In this document: in pieces, positions 10,746 through 22,000 of the stretch
How positions within the stretch are numbered: position 1 is the first letter of the stretch
Layout of the letters: the number at the start of each line of letters is the position of its first letter
NCBI GenBank assembly: GCA_950097015.1
Contig: CATNEN010000025.1
Location: forward strand, 7,750,001-7,814,000
Length of the DNA stretch: 64,000 nucleotides
Source of the DNA: Macrostomum hystrix
Taxonomy: Eukaryota > Animalia > Platyhelminthes
Direction: 5' to 3'
Translations under genes and position numbers: made by a program
Notes under the pieces: generated by a model
Seen by the model: the letters and a program-made list of their open reading frames with translations, nothing else
Databases searched by the model: none
What the model was told of the DNA's origin: nothing

Positions 10746-11150
10746 GTGAGGTGCAGTTAGCAGTGACGTTGACCATCTTTTAGATAGGGTTCGAGCATGT
10801 ATCAGTAAAAAACAGCGAGCGTTTCGCATTTTTCTTAAAAAAAATAAAATAGTTGGCGATGTTGCATTATTTGACGAATCGCATCCATTGGACACTAGGT
10901 CCGGCTAAAGACATTTGGCTTCTGTAAGATTAGATTGCTGCGAAAAAAAGCTGACAAGTTGAGAGTGAGGGAAACACAAAAGCCTGCACGTTCTGAATAA
11001 TGATTGAGCTTATTCTTTCTTTCAGAATTTAAACTTTTCCATTACGATTTTTACGCCTAAAACCATTTGCATCTCTCTCATTTGTACGACCGAATAGTCT
11101 ATGGAAATTCTGCGGACAGTCCTGGGAAAATCCGTGGAAAAACCTCTCAC

Positions 11151-11458
11151 CTATGCAGCCAAGAGCCTTGGCCATCGCCGGCTTGTCCCTCAGCTGGCTG
11201 GCCAGCCGGAGCTGCGATTTGTGCAGTTTCAGCGCGGACTCAGGGTCGCCAAGCTGAGCGTATAGGCAGCCGAGAGCTCCGCACGCAGCCGCTTCCAGTT
11301 CGCGATTGCCGGCACGCAGGGCGCAGCTCAGTTGACGCTCGTGCAGCTCTCGGGCTTCCGACAGGCGGCCGGCCAGCCGATGGCACTCGCCGAGGGCGGC
11401 GCAGGCGCGGCCGAGCAGTAGGGCGCAGTCGGACTGACTCTCCCGTTCGCTTTGGTTG
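11151..11458 (-). CDS. TTC28: TTC28 homologue, TPR exon (not in the ORF track)
   Basis: Acceptor CGCCTAG|CA, donor CATAG|GTGAGA. Translates ...GRACAALGECHRLAGRLSEARELHERQL...ACGALGCLYAQLGDPESALKLHKSQL. Phase 2 in, phase 1 out, consistent with neighbours. Confidence 0.88.
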
Positions 11459-11701
11459 CTAGGCGGTTGTTGAGGTGCGGGAGAATTGTTTTGATGATGG
11501 TGCGATGTCTATTAATCAGTTCCTAGCTTTCTAAGAACATTTACTGACAGTAGAAACACCCAAACATTATTTTACCTGTCTCTCCTAAACAATTCAACCA
11601 GTCGTCATCGAATTCTCATCGGGGTGTCTGGTGGAAAAACCAAGAATATAGGCAAAAAGTTTCTACCCACAAAATTTAATGATGTAATAATATCGGCTGT
11701 A

Positions 11702-11977
11702 GGGGGTCAGTGGCAGAGCGGTTAACGCGTTTGCCTCCGCACCGAAGGTCTCTGAGCTCGATTCCGCGACGACGTCACATTAAATTAGTGCGCAGCCGCG
11801 GAGAGAAGGCTTGGGGGCTTGTCGTGCAATTTACGCCCTTAAGAGCCCACCTCCAAGGCAGAGTGAGAGTGTACACTGCCTGACGATGAGAAAGTCAGGG
11901 CAGATGTACACACCTGTGTGAGCGTATGCCTGCGTACGGTATCTGTGTGCGTGTGTGCTCAGGAGTCAGCGAAATGG
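11702..11977 (+). mobile_element. tRNA-derived SINE family A, copy 2
   Basis: GGGGTCAGTGGCAGAGCGGTTAACGCG...GCTCGATTCC, with the body shared with 3741-4013. Confidence 0.8.
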
Positions 11978-12061
11978 TCATTCGGTTTGGGTTGGGCAGG
12001 GGGGGGAAAATAGCGCCGTCCTTCTATTGTTAATAAGGGACCTGCCAGCAGCCGCGCTCAC

Positions 12062-12584
12062 CTGTCGCCTCCGCTAGATTTTGCGGTGGTGGCCGCCTCC
12101 GCCTCGGCCGTCTCCGCCGCCTTCAACGCTTCGGCTAGGCGTTCCGCAGCCTCCTCGGACTTGCCGGCCGCGGCCGCGTCCTCGCCAAGATTGATGAGCG
12201 CCCGAGCTCGCTCTGCTGCGCTACCAGCCGCATCGGCCAGCCGCAGCTGCTCCCGATGCCAGTTGGCCGCTTCGGCTGCCTGTCCGAGCCGCCTGTGAAT
12301 GCAGCCGATGCTGCCGGTCTCGGCCGCCTGCGCCAGTTTCCGACCGGCTCCGCGCCAGATGTCAGCGCAGCGGCGATGGCTGGCCAAAGCATTCGCCGTA
12401 TCGCCCGAAGCAGCGTACAGATGGCCGAGACTCGACAGGGCCCTCGCCGCGGCGTCGTCCAGTCCCAGACTGACTGCCAGTCGCAGCCGTTGACGCTCGT
12501 GGCGCAGCGCCGCCGTTCGGTCGCCCTGGAGAAGGCGAGCCGCGCCCAGATTGCCGTGTGCCCTGCACTGACCCGCCTCATCAC
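12062..12584 (-). CDS. TTC28: TTC28 homologue, TPR exon
   Basis: Acceptor TTTCAACAG|GT, donor GACAG|GTGAGC. Translates GDEAGQCRAHGNLGA...ARALSSLGHLYAASGDTANALASH (TTC28: DQTGECRAHGNLGS...ALSSLGHVYTAIGDYPNALASH). Confidence 0.9.
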
Positions 12585-12699
12585 CTGTTGAAAGATGGGG
12601 GAGTCTGTCTGTCTGTCTGACTGTCAGCCTGTCTGTCTTTCTGTCAATAATCGGACTAATAAATCATAAATCGATCATGCTGTTAATTTCCTCAGCTCA

Positions 12700-13075
12700 T
12701 TATAACTCCGCCTCGAGCGGAGGCGGGGGCACTCCAGCATTCATTGCAATGCGCCTCTCATTAGATTCAGCCCAGACGTCACAGCCCCAGGGTATTGTGG
12801 GGGTGGGGTTGGGGGTCACGAGAGTCCAGCCCCCCTGCGTGACTCATGCACCTGCACTGTCCAATTCTGTGGCAGCTGAGGTGATTGATTCCGGACCCGA
12901 CATGCTTCAACGCCCATTTCTTAAGCCTTTTTTTATTTCTTCCACTTTCTTCTGAACCAGCCCACCCAACCTCCCCCCAATACAATGTCTTGCTTTGCAC
13001 CCAATGTTTGATTGACAACTGGCCCCGGGGGGGAGGCATTGTGGCGGAATGGCGAGATTCGGTTTGTTAAGTTTT
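12700..13075 (+). mobile_element. Possible non-autonomous Helentron/HINE-like element
   Basis: Starts TTATAACTCCGCCTCGAGCGGAGGCGG (7-bp hairpin CCGCCTC/GAGGCGG). Ends with GGCGGAAT (approximate reverse complement of ACTCCGCC) followed by a T-rich end. Architecture-based inference only. Confidence 0.3.
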
Positions 13076-13374
13076 TAACAACTTTAACTCAAAATATGAC
13101 TTTTTTATTTCCCAAGCAAGATTGTCGTTACAGTTTTACTTTCACTTTCTTTGGCAAAATATTTGCCATAGCGACAAAAATTTGCTGCTGATGGACAAAT
13201 ACATTAGTCAGGTGCGCTTTTAGCCAAGGAATGTCATCCATCAGTGAAGGACGCTTCTAATAGCGGTCTTCCATTTTATTTTGGAACACTTTCTTTGCTT
13301 TTTTAAAGAAGCTTAAAGTGGCAAAACCTGTTTTCTGCGAAATCAGGGAAAACTTTTCATGGACACTGAATGTG

Positions 13375-14110
13375 ATGAATGAATTTGGGATTGGATGAAT
13401 TTGGGATTTGATGAATGTGGGATTTGATGAATTCGGGATTTGATGAATTTGGGATTTGATGAATGTGGGATTTGATGAATTCGGGATTTGATGAATTCGG
13501 GATTTAATAAATTCGGGATTTAATGAATTTGGGATTTGAAGAATTCGGGATTTGATGAATTCGGGATTTAATGAATTTGGGATTTGATGAATTTGGGATT
13601 TGATGAATTTGGGATTTGATGAATTTGGGATTTGAAGAATTCGGGATTTGATGAATTCGGGATTTAATGAATTTGGGATTTGATGAATTTGGGATTTGAA
13701 GAATTCGAGATTTGATGAATTCGAGATTTGATGAATTCGAGATTTGATGAATTCGAGATTTGAAGAATTCGAGATTTGATGAATTCGAGATTTGATGAAT
13801 TCGAGATTTGAAGAATTCGAGATTTGATGAATTCGAGATTTGATGAATTTGGGATTTGAAGAATTCGGGATTTAATGAATTCGGGATTTAATGAATTCGA
13901 GATTTGAAGAATTCGGGATTTAATGAATTCGAGATTTGATGAATTTGGGATTTGAAGAATTCGGGATTTAATGAATTCGGGATTTAATGAATTCGGGATT
14001 TAATGAATTTGGGATTTGATGAATTTGGGATTTGAAGAATTCGAGATTTGATGAATTTGGGATTTGATGAATGTGGGATTTGGTGAATCCAGGATTCACT
14101 GAATTTGGGA
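13375..14110 (+). repeat. 16-bp minisatellite (GATGAATTTGGGATTT)
   Basis: Direct reading; about 45 copies. Confidence 0.95.
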
Positions 14111-14617
14111 TTTCGTGATCTTGATCTATAATCTCGGATTTCTTCGATTTTGATATCCTCAAGCTCAGGGATTAAAATCCCATGGGAGCCAAACGGAAAA
14201 GGCGGAAAAAGTGCAGTTTAAGAACAACCCAAAGAACAACCTAACTTTAGCTAGCCACTTGTCAATTTCAGTTTGACAAAAATGATTCATTGTCGTGAAA
14301 ATAATTACCCTATTAAAACGGCCCTTTCTTGTTCTTAACCATCTTCTTAACTGACAGGCCGGATTGGTCAAAGTAGCCCCGTTTCCTTAGCCCTGCATTA
14401 TCTGAAATCTAGTCGGGCTAAATCGGAACAAAAATCTCTGACAAAAGGCTTTTTGCCTTTTAACTTCTGCAGGCTTCTGAAGGATTTCGTAGACCAGGAA
14501 AAATTTGCCAAAACCCATTCGAAAGGTCAATTCGCTATGCATAGACTGGAATTCAAGGAAATCACTTTGTTTCACATTAGTTTCATTACCTTTTACAATA
14601 TTCTTGTATTCTCATCT

Positions 14618-15195
14618 TGAATCTCCCTACATTCTCATCCCGAATCTCCCTACATTCTCATCCCGAATCTCCCTACATTCTCATCCCGAATCTCCCTGCA
14701 TTCTCATCCCGAATCTCCCTACATTCTCATCCCGAATCTCCCTGCATTCTCATCCCAAATCTCCCTGCATTCTCATCCCGAATCTCCCTGCATTCTCATC
14801 CCGAATCTCCCTGCATTCTCATCCCGAATCTCCCTGCATTCTCATCCCGAATCTCCCTGCATTCTCATCCCGAATCTCCCTGCATTCTCATCCCGAATCT
14901 CCCTGCATTCTCATCCCGAATCTCCCTGCATTCTCATCCCGAATCTCTCTTCATTCTCATCCCGAATCTCTCTTCATTCTCATCCCGAATCTCTCTTCAT
15001 TGTCATCCCAAATCTCCCTTCATTCTAATCTCGAATCTCCCTTCATTCTCATCCCAAATCTCCCTGCATTCTTATCCCGAATCTCCCTGCATTCTCATCC
15101 CGAATCTCCCTGCATTCTCATCCCAAATCTCCCTTCATTCTCATCCCGAATCTCCCTGCATTCTCATCCCGAATCTCCCTTCATTCTCATCCTGA
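14618..15195 (+). repeat. 23-bp minisatellite (ATTCTCATCCCGAATCTCCCTGC)
   Basis: Direct reading; about 25 copies. Confidence 0.95.
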
Positions 15196-15719
15196 AACTG
15201 TCGTACCGAAATGGAAATTTATAATTAGAATATTAGAAGTGAATTGAGTCGCACATATGGACACATATATACGAGTATATATAGACAGTTCATTTTGAGT
15301 ATCATTGAAACATTAAACTTGCCGGCTTGAGCAAACCAACAGCTCAACAACAGCTGAACCAGATGTGAGACGCCGCAGCTGTGTCTGGAAGGATACCAGT
15401 CATGCAGATTTAAGCTCCAAGACTCAATCCTTTTGCCAAAGAAACTTCGTACAAAGATTTCTTTTGCAGTTTTTATCGTGTTCAAGAATCTGACTTGCGC
15501 AAATGTTGCCCTGAGTTAATAATAATTTTTACGCGTAACTATCGCTCAGAGCCACTTTGTGGTCTGTTCTATTGTGCCTTTTTACATTTAATTACGAGCT
15601 CGTACGTCATTTGAATCACGTAACGGGTCTGTCTAGTTTTTATTGATCGCTTGATCTAGGCCGTTTGATTAAGCATTTTCCTTGCTTACACTTATTCACA
15701 GCTTGAGTATTTCTCTCCT

Positions 15720-17325
15720 TCAACTCCCATCTCCCACTCCAAAATTCAATCTAAAAAACCACATCTCCCTTCTCATAACACCCAACTCTCATCTCCCATC
15801 TCCCATCTCCCATCTCCAATCTCCCATATCCTATATCCTATATCCTATATCCCATCTCACATCTTACATCTCTTATCTCCCATCTCCCATTTCCCATATC
15901 CTATATCCTATATCCCATCTCCCATCTCCCATATCCTATATTCCATCTCCCATCTCCCATATCCTATATCCCATCTCCCATCTCCCATATCCTATATCCC
16001 ATCTCCCATATCCTATATCCTATCTCCCATCTCCCATCTCCCACTCCAAAATTCAATCTAAAAAAACCTCATCTCCCTTCTCCTAACACCCAACTCTCAT
16101 CTCCCAACTCCCATCTCCCATATCCTATATCCTATATACTATATCCTATCTCCCATCTCCCATCTCCCATATCCTATATCCTATATCCTATATCCCATCT
16201 CCCATCTCCCATCTCCAATCTCCCATATCCTATATCCTATATCCCATCTCCCATATCCTATATCCTATATCCCATCTCCCATATCCTATATCCTATATCC
16301 TATATCCTATCTCCTATCTCCCATCTCCCATCTCCAATCTCCCATCTCCCATCTCACATCTCTCATCTCCCATCTTCCATCTCCAATCTCCCATATCCTA
16401 TATCGTATATCCCATCTCCCATCTCTAATCTCCCATATCCTACATCCTATATCCCATCTCCCATCTCCCAAATATCCCATCTCTCTATTTCTTCATTCTC
16501 CTAATCTCTTATCTACCCGTCTCAATGTCACTTATAAATCCTCAGTATTGTCTCTATGGGCTACAATGTCATTCCCCCCTCGCCAAAATATGTTTTCACC
16601 TCTCAAACCTTAACTTAAAGCTTTTCCACACTCGTCCTCTCTTGTCTTCCCACTCCTCAGCTTCCCAGTCTTCTATTGTGCGCAGGTGAAAACCTATAAT
16701 ACAATACGTTCGCTCCAGTGCTTCTTTCTCTCACAGGTTCTTCTGCAACACTCCAGCAATTGTCAGAAGCTAATAAAGAAATCTATATTGAAATCGATAT
16801 GTTGAGAGAACAATAAGCCATTGTACTGGAGACTGGCTGTAGTCTTGCACACGCGTTTCATCTGCTGTGTGTCTCCTCTGTACTCTCTCTCTCTCTTTTC
16901 CTCTGCTCAATTCAGTACTGACTCTGCGAATTTAGAAAAGCGATAAGATTTATACCTTATCCTATCTCCCATCTCCCATCTCCCATCTCTCATCTCCCAT
17001 CTCCCATCTCCCATCTCCCATCTCCAATCTCCCATCTCCCATCTCCCATCTCCCATCTCCCATCTCCCATCTCCCATCTCCCATCTCTCATCTCACATCT
17101 CTCATCTCCCATCTCCCATCTCCCATCTCCCATCTCCCATCTCCCATCTCCCATCTCCCATCTGACATCTCTCATCTCCCATCTCTCATCTCCCATCTCA
17201 CATATCCCAAATATCCCATCTCTCTATTTCTTCATTCTCCTAATCTCCTATCTACCCGTCTCAATGTCACTTATAATCCTCAATATTGTCTCTATGGGCT
17301 ACAATGTCATTCCCCCCTCGCTCGA
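15720..17325 (+). repeat. (CCCATCT)n/(CCTATAT)n heptamer tracts with duplicated unique blocks
   Basis: Tracts at 15785-16470 and 16960-17205. Blocks 15734-15797 and 16041-16105 match each other, as do 16462-16582 and 17205-17321. Confidence 0.9.
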
Positions 17326-17644
17326 GGATAAGGTGGTTCTTGTCGTTTTTAATGAGCATCGGTTTTATTTCTTCGTCTGAAATTTACAATTACCAGTGCT
17401 TGCAGATTAATTATTAATGGCTACGAGCGTATTTCTGGTTGAGCTTGTCTGTGCACTGCTTTCTATAGAACAGTTAATCTTCAATCTTTATACTCTTAAC
17501 TTGTCCTTTAATTCACTCAAGTCAGACTTTCAAAGCATCGATTATTCATTAGTCACCTTCGCTTTTAGATCGCTGCTAGTTTTATGTTCTTTGTTACACT
17601 ACAAGAATACTACTGCTAGACTGTAACTCATTCTCAGAATCTCC

Positions 17645-18135
17645 CTGACTCTCAGTATCTCACTCTCAGTATCTCACTCTCAGTATCTCACTCTCACTCT
17701 CAGTATCTCACTCTCAGTATCTCACTCTCACTCTCAGTATCTCACTCTCACTCTCAGTATCTCACTCTCACTCTCAGTATCTCACTCTCAGTATCTCACT
17801 CTCACTCTCAGTATCTCACTCTCACTCTCAGTATCTCACTCTCAGTATCTCACTCTCAGTATCTCACTCTCAGTATCTCACTCTCACTCTCAGTATCTCA
17901 CTCTCACTCTCAGTATCTCACTCTCACTCTCAGTATCTCACTCTCACTCTCAGTATCTCACTCTCACTCTCAGTATCTCACTCTCACTCTCAGTATCTCA
18001 GTCTCAGTATCTCAGTCTCAGTATCTCACTCACTCTCAGTATCTCACTCTCAGTATCTCACTCTGAGTATCTCACTCTCAGTATCTCACTCTCAGTATCT
18101 CGCTCTCAGTATCTCACTCTCAGTATCTCACTCAC
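17645..18135 (-). repeat. 14/20-bp minisatellite starting at the TTC28 splice donor
   Basis: Sense strand GTGAGTGAGATACTGAGAGTGAGATACTGA... Confidence 0.95.
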
Positions 18136-18420
18136 CCATCTTCTCGGCCATAGCCAAGTCCTGCTGCATGAGGCAGACGGCCCTATCCAGGTTGCCTAGC
18201 AACCAGTGCGCCTTGCTCAGAGCGCTAATCACGGACGCCCTCAGCCTGTTGAAGTCTGTCCCGCCGACTACTGGCAGTTGGAGCGCGCTTTCCAGACAGG
18301 CCGCCGACTGTCTGTGAAGGCCGCGGCTCTCCAGCTCCTGGCCGATTGCGGCGGCGATCACGAAGGGACTCTCGGCCATAGACAGTTGGCTCAGTTGGGC
18401 CCGCATCGCTCGGAATTGGT
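18136..18420 (-). CDS. TTC28: TTC28 homologue, N-terminal exon
   Basis: Acceptor CGCACAG|AC, donor ATGG|GTGAGT. Translates SPFVIAAAIGQEL...LRASVISALSKAHWLLGNLDRAVCLMQQDL (TTC28: SPFVVVSVVGQEL...LRGSVFSALSSAYWSLGNTEKSTGYMQQDL). Confidence 0.92.
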
Positions 18421-18477
18421 CTGTGCGTTAGAGGGATTTAGATTTTATAGACCACATGGAACTGTTTCGACACAGGG

Positions 18478-18800
18478 AATGGGATATTGTCTGTCAGAAT
18501 GGGATTTTAGATTGAGGGAATGGGATATTCCCTGTCAGAATGGGATTTTAGATTGAGGGAATGCGATATTGTCTGTCAGAATGGGATTTTAGATTGAGGG
18601 AACGGGATATTGTCTGTCAGAATGGGCTTTTGGATTGAGGGAATGCGATATTGTCTGTCAGAATGGGATTTTAGATTGAGGGAATGCGATATTGTCTGTC
18701 AGAATGGGATTTTAGATTGAGGGAATGGGATATTGTCTGTCAGAATGGGATTTTAGATTGAGGGAATGGGATATTGTCTGTCAGAATGGGATTTTAGCTT
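18478..18800 (+). repeat. 41-bp minisatellite (~8 copies) in a short TTC28 intron
   Basis: Unit TGTCTGTCAGAATGGGATTTTAGATTGAGGGAATGGGATAT. Confidence 0.95.
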
Positions 18801-18842
18801 GAGAAAATGAGATTGACAGCATCAAAAGAGCTTGATTCTCAC

Positions 18843-19049
18843 CTCCGATCGGGGAGTCAGTCGCGCAGCTGATCAGTTCCTGAAGCCGATTTGAGTCGTC
18901 CGGATTTTGGCCGAGTCGGATACAAAGCGACGCCACCGCGTCAGCGAACTGGACCAGGCTGTGAGGGCCGCCGTCTGTCGACTGGCTCTGCGGGAGGGTG
19001 GCTCGTCGAATAAATTGTTGCCAGGTGTTCTTAATGGCGATACGAGTTT
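18843..19049 (-). CDS. TTC28: TTC28 homologue, most 5' confidently assigned exon (acceptor at 19049 or 19029)
   Basis: Translates TRIAIKNTWQQFIRR...FADAVASLCIRLGQNPDDSNRLQELISCATDSPIG, aligning with TTC28 HADALAAFASGLAQDPKSLQLLVGMVEAAMKSPMR. Donor GGAG|GTGAGA. Confidence 0.75.
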
Positions 19050-22000
19050 CTGGGAGGGTTGTGTTCTAAACATGAGGATCTGGGAGGGTTGTGTTCTAAA
19101 CATGAGGATCTGGGAGGGTTGTGTTCTAAACATGAGGATCTGGGAGGGTTGTGTTCTAAACCTGAGGATCAGGGAGGGTTGTGTTCTAAACCTGAGAATC
19201 AGGGAGGGTTGTGTTCTAAACATGAGGATCTTGGAGGGTTGTGTTCTAAACATGAGGATCAGGGAGGGTTGTGTTCTAAACCTGAGGATCTGGGAGGGTT
19301 GTGTTCTAAACATGAGGATCAGGGAGGGTTGTGTTCTAAACCTGAGGATCTGGGAGGGTTGTGTTCTAAACCTGAGGATCAGGGAGGGTTGTGTTCTAAA
19401 CCTGAGGATCTGGGAGGGTTGTGTTCTAAACCTGAGGATCAGGGAGGGTTGTGTTCTAAACCTGAGGATCAGGGAGGTTGTGTTCTAAACCTGAGGATCA
19501 GGGAGGGTTGTGTTCTAAACCTGAGGATCAGGGAGGGTTGTGTTCTAAACATGAGGATCAGGGAGGGTTGTGTTCTAAACATGAGGATCTGGGAGGGTTG
19601 TGTTCTAAACCTGAGGATCAGGGAGGGTTGTGTTCTAAACCTGAGAATCAGGGAGGGTTGTGTTCTAAACCTGAGGATCAGGGAGGGTTGTGTTCTAAAC
19701 ATGAGGATCAGGGAGGGTTGTGTTCTAAACATGAGGATCAGGGAGGGTTGTGTTCTAAACATGAGGATCAGTGAGGGTTGTGTTCTAAACCTGAGGATCA
19801 GGGAGGGTTGTGTTCTAAACATGAGGATCAGGGAGGGTTGTGTTCTAAACCTGAGAATCAGGGAGGGTTGTGTTCTAAACATGAGGATCAGGGAGGGTTG
19901 TGTTCTAAACCTGAGGATCAGGGAGGGTTGTGTTCTAAACCTGAGGATCTGGGAGGGTTGTGTTCTAAACCTGAGGATCAGGGAGGGTTGTGTTCTAAAC
20001 ATGAGGATCAGGGAGGGTTGTGTTCTAAACATGAGGATCAGGGAGGGTTGTGTTCTAAACATGAGGATCAGTGAGGGTTGTGTTCTAAACCTGAGGATCA
20101 GGGAGGGTTGTGTTCTAAACCTGAGGATCAGGGAGGGTTGTGTTCTAAACCTGAGGATCAGGGAGGGTTGTGTTCTAAACCTGAGGATCAGGGAGGGTTG
20201 TGTTCTAAACATGAGGATCAGGGAGGGTTGTGTTCTAAACATGAGGATCTTGGAGGGTTGTGTTCTAAACCTGAGGATCAGGGAGGGTTGTGTTCTAAAC
20301 CTGAGGATCTGGGAGGGTTGTGTTCTAAACCTGAGGATCTGGGAGGGTTGTGTTCTAAACCTGAGGATCTGAGAGGGTTGTGTTCTAAACATGAGGATCA
20401 GGGAGGGTTGTGTTCTAAACCTGAGGATCTGGGAGGGTTGTGTTCTAAACATGAGGATCTTGGAGGGTTGTGTTCTAAACATGAGGATCAGGGAGGGTTG
20501 TGTTCTAAACCTGAGGATCTGGGAGGGTTGTGTTCTAAACATGAGGATCAGGGAGGGTTGTGTTCTAAACCTGAGGATCTGGGAGGGTTGTGTTCTAAAC
20601 CTGAGGATCAGGGAGGGTTGTGTTCTAAACCTGAGGATCTGGGAGGGTTGTGTTCTAAACCTGAGGATCAGGGAGGGTTGTGTTCTAAACCTGAGGATCT
20701 AGGAGGGTTGTGTTCTAAACCTGAGGATCTGGGAGGGTTGTGTTCTAAACCTGAGGATCTGGGAGGGTTGTGTTCTAAACATGAGGATCAGGGAGGGTTG
20801 TGTTCTAAACGTGAGAATCAGGGAGGGTTGTGTTCTAAACATGAGGATCTTGGAGGGTTGTGTTCTAAACATGAGGATCAGTGAGGGTTGTGTTCTAAAC
20901 CTGAGGATCAGGGAGGGTTGTGTTCTAAACATGAGGATCAGGGAGGGTTGTGTTCTAAACCTGAGAATCAGGGAGGGTTGTGTTCTAAACATGAGGATCA
21001 GGGAGGGTTGTGTTCTAAACATGAGGATCAGGGAGAGTTGTGTTCTAAACCTGAGGATCAGGGAGGGTTGTGTTCTAAACCTGAGGATCTGGGAGGGTTG
21101 TGTTCTAAACCTGAGGATCAGGGAGGGTTGTGTTCTAAACATGAGGATCAGGGAGGGTTGTGTTCTAAACATGAGGATCAGGGAGGGTTGTGTTCTAAAC
21201 ATGAGGATCAGTGAGGGTTGTGTTCTAAACCTGAGGATCAGGGAGGGTTGTGTTCTAAACCTGAGGATCAGGGAGGGTTGTGTTCTAAACATGAGGATCT
21301 GGGAGGGTTGTGTTCTAAACCTGAGGATCTGGGAGGGTTGTGTTCTAATCAGGGAGGGTTGTGTTCTAAACATGAGGATCTTGGAGGGTTGTGTTCTAAA
21401 CATGAGGATCAGGGAGGGTTGTGTTCTAAACCTGAGGATCTGGGAGGGTTGTGTTCTAAACATGAGGATCAGGGAGGGTTGTGTTCTAAACCTGAGGATC
21501 TGGGAGGGTTGTGTTCTAAACCTGAGGATCAGGGAGGGTTGTGTTCTAAACATGAGGATCAGGGAGGGTTGTGTTCTAAACCTGAGGATCAGGGAGGGTT
21601 GTGTTCTAAACCTGAGGATCAGGGAGGGTTGTGTTCTAAACCTGAGGATCAGGGAGGGTTGTGTTCTAAACATGAGGATCAGGGAGGGTTGTGTTCTAAA
21701 CATGAGGATCAGGGAGGGTTGTGTTCTAAACCTGAGGATCAGGGAGGGTTGTGTTCTAAACATGAGGATCAGGGAGGGTTGTGTTCTAAACATGAGGATC
21801 AGGGAGGGTTGTGTTCTAAACATGAGGATCTGGGAGTGTTGTGTTCTTAACATGAGGATCAGGGAGGGTTGTGTTCTAAACATGAGGATCAGGGAGGGTT
21901 GTGTTCTAAACATGAGGATCAGGGAGGGTTGTGTTCTAAACCTGAGGATCAGGGAGGGTTGTGTTCTAAACCTGAGGATCAGGGAGGGTTGTGTTCTAAA

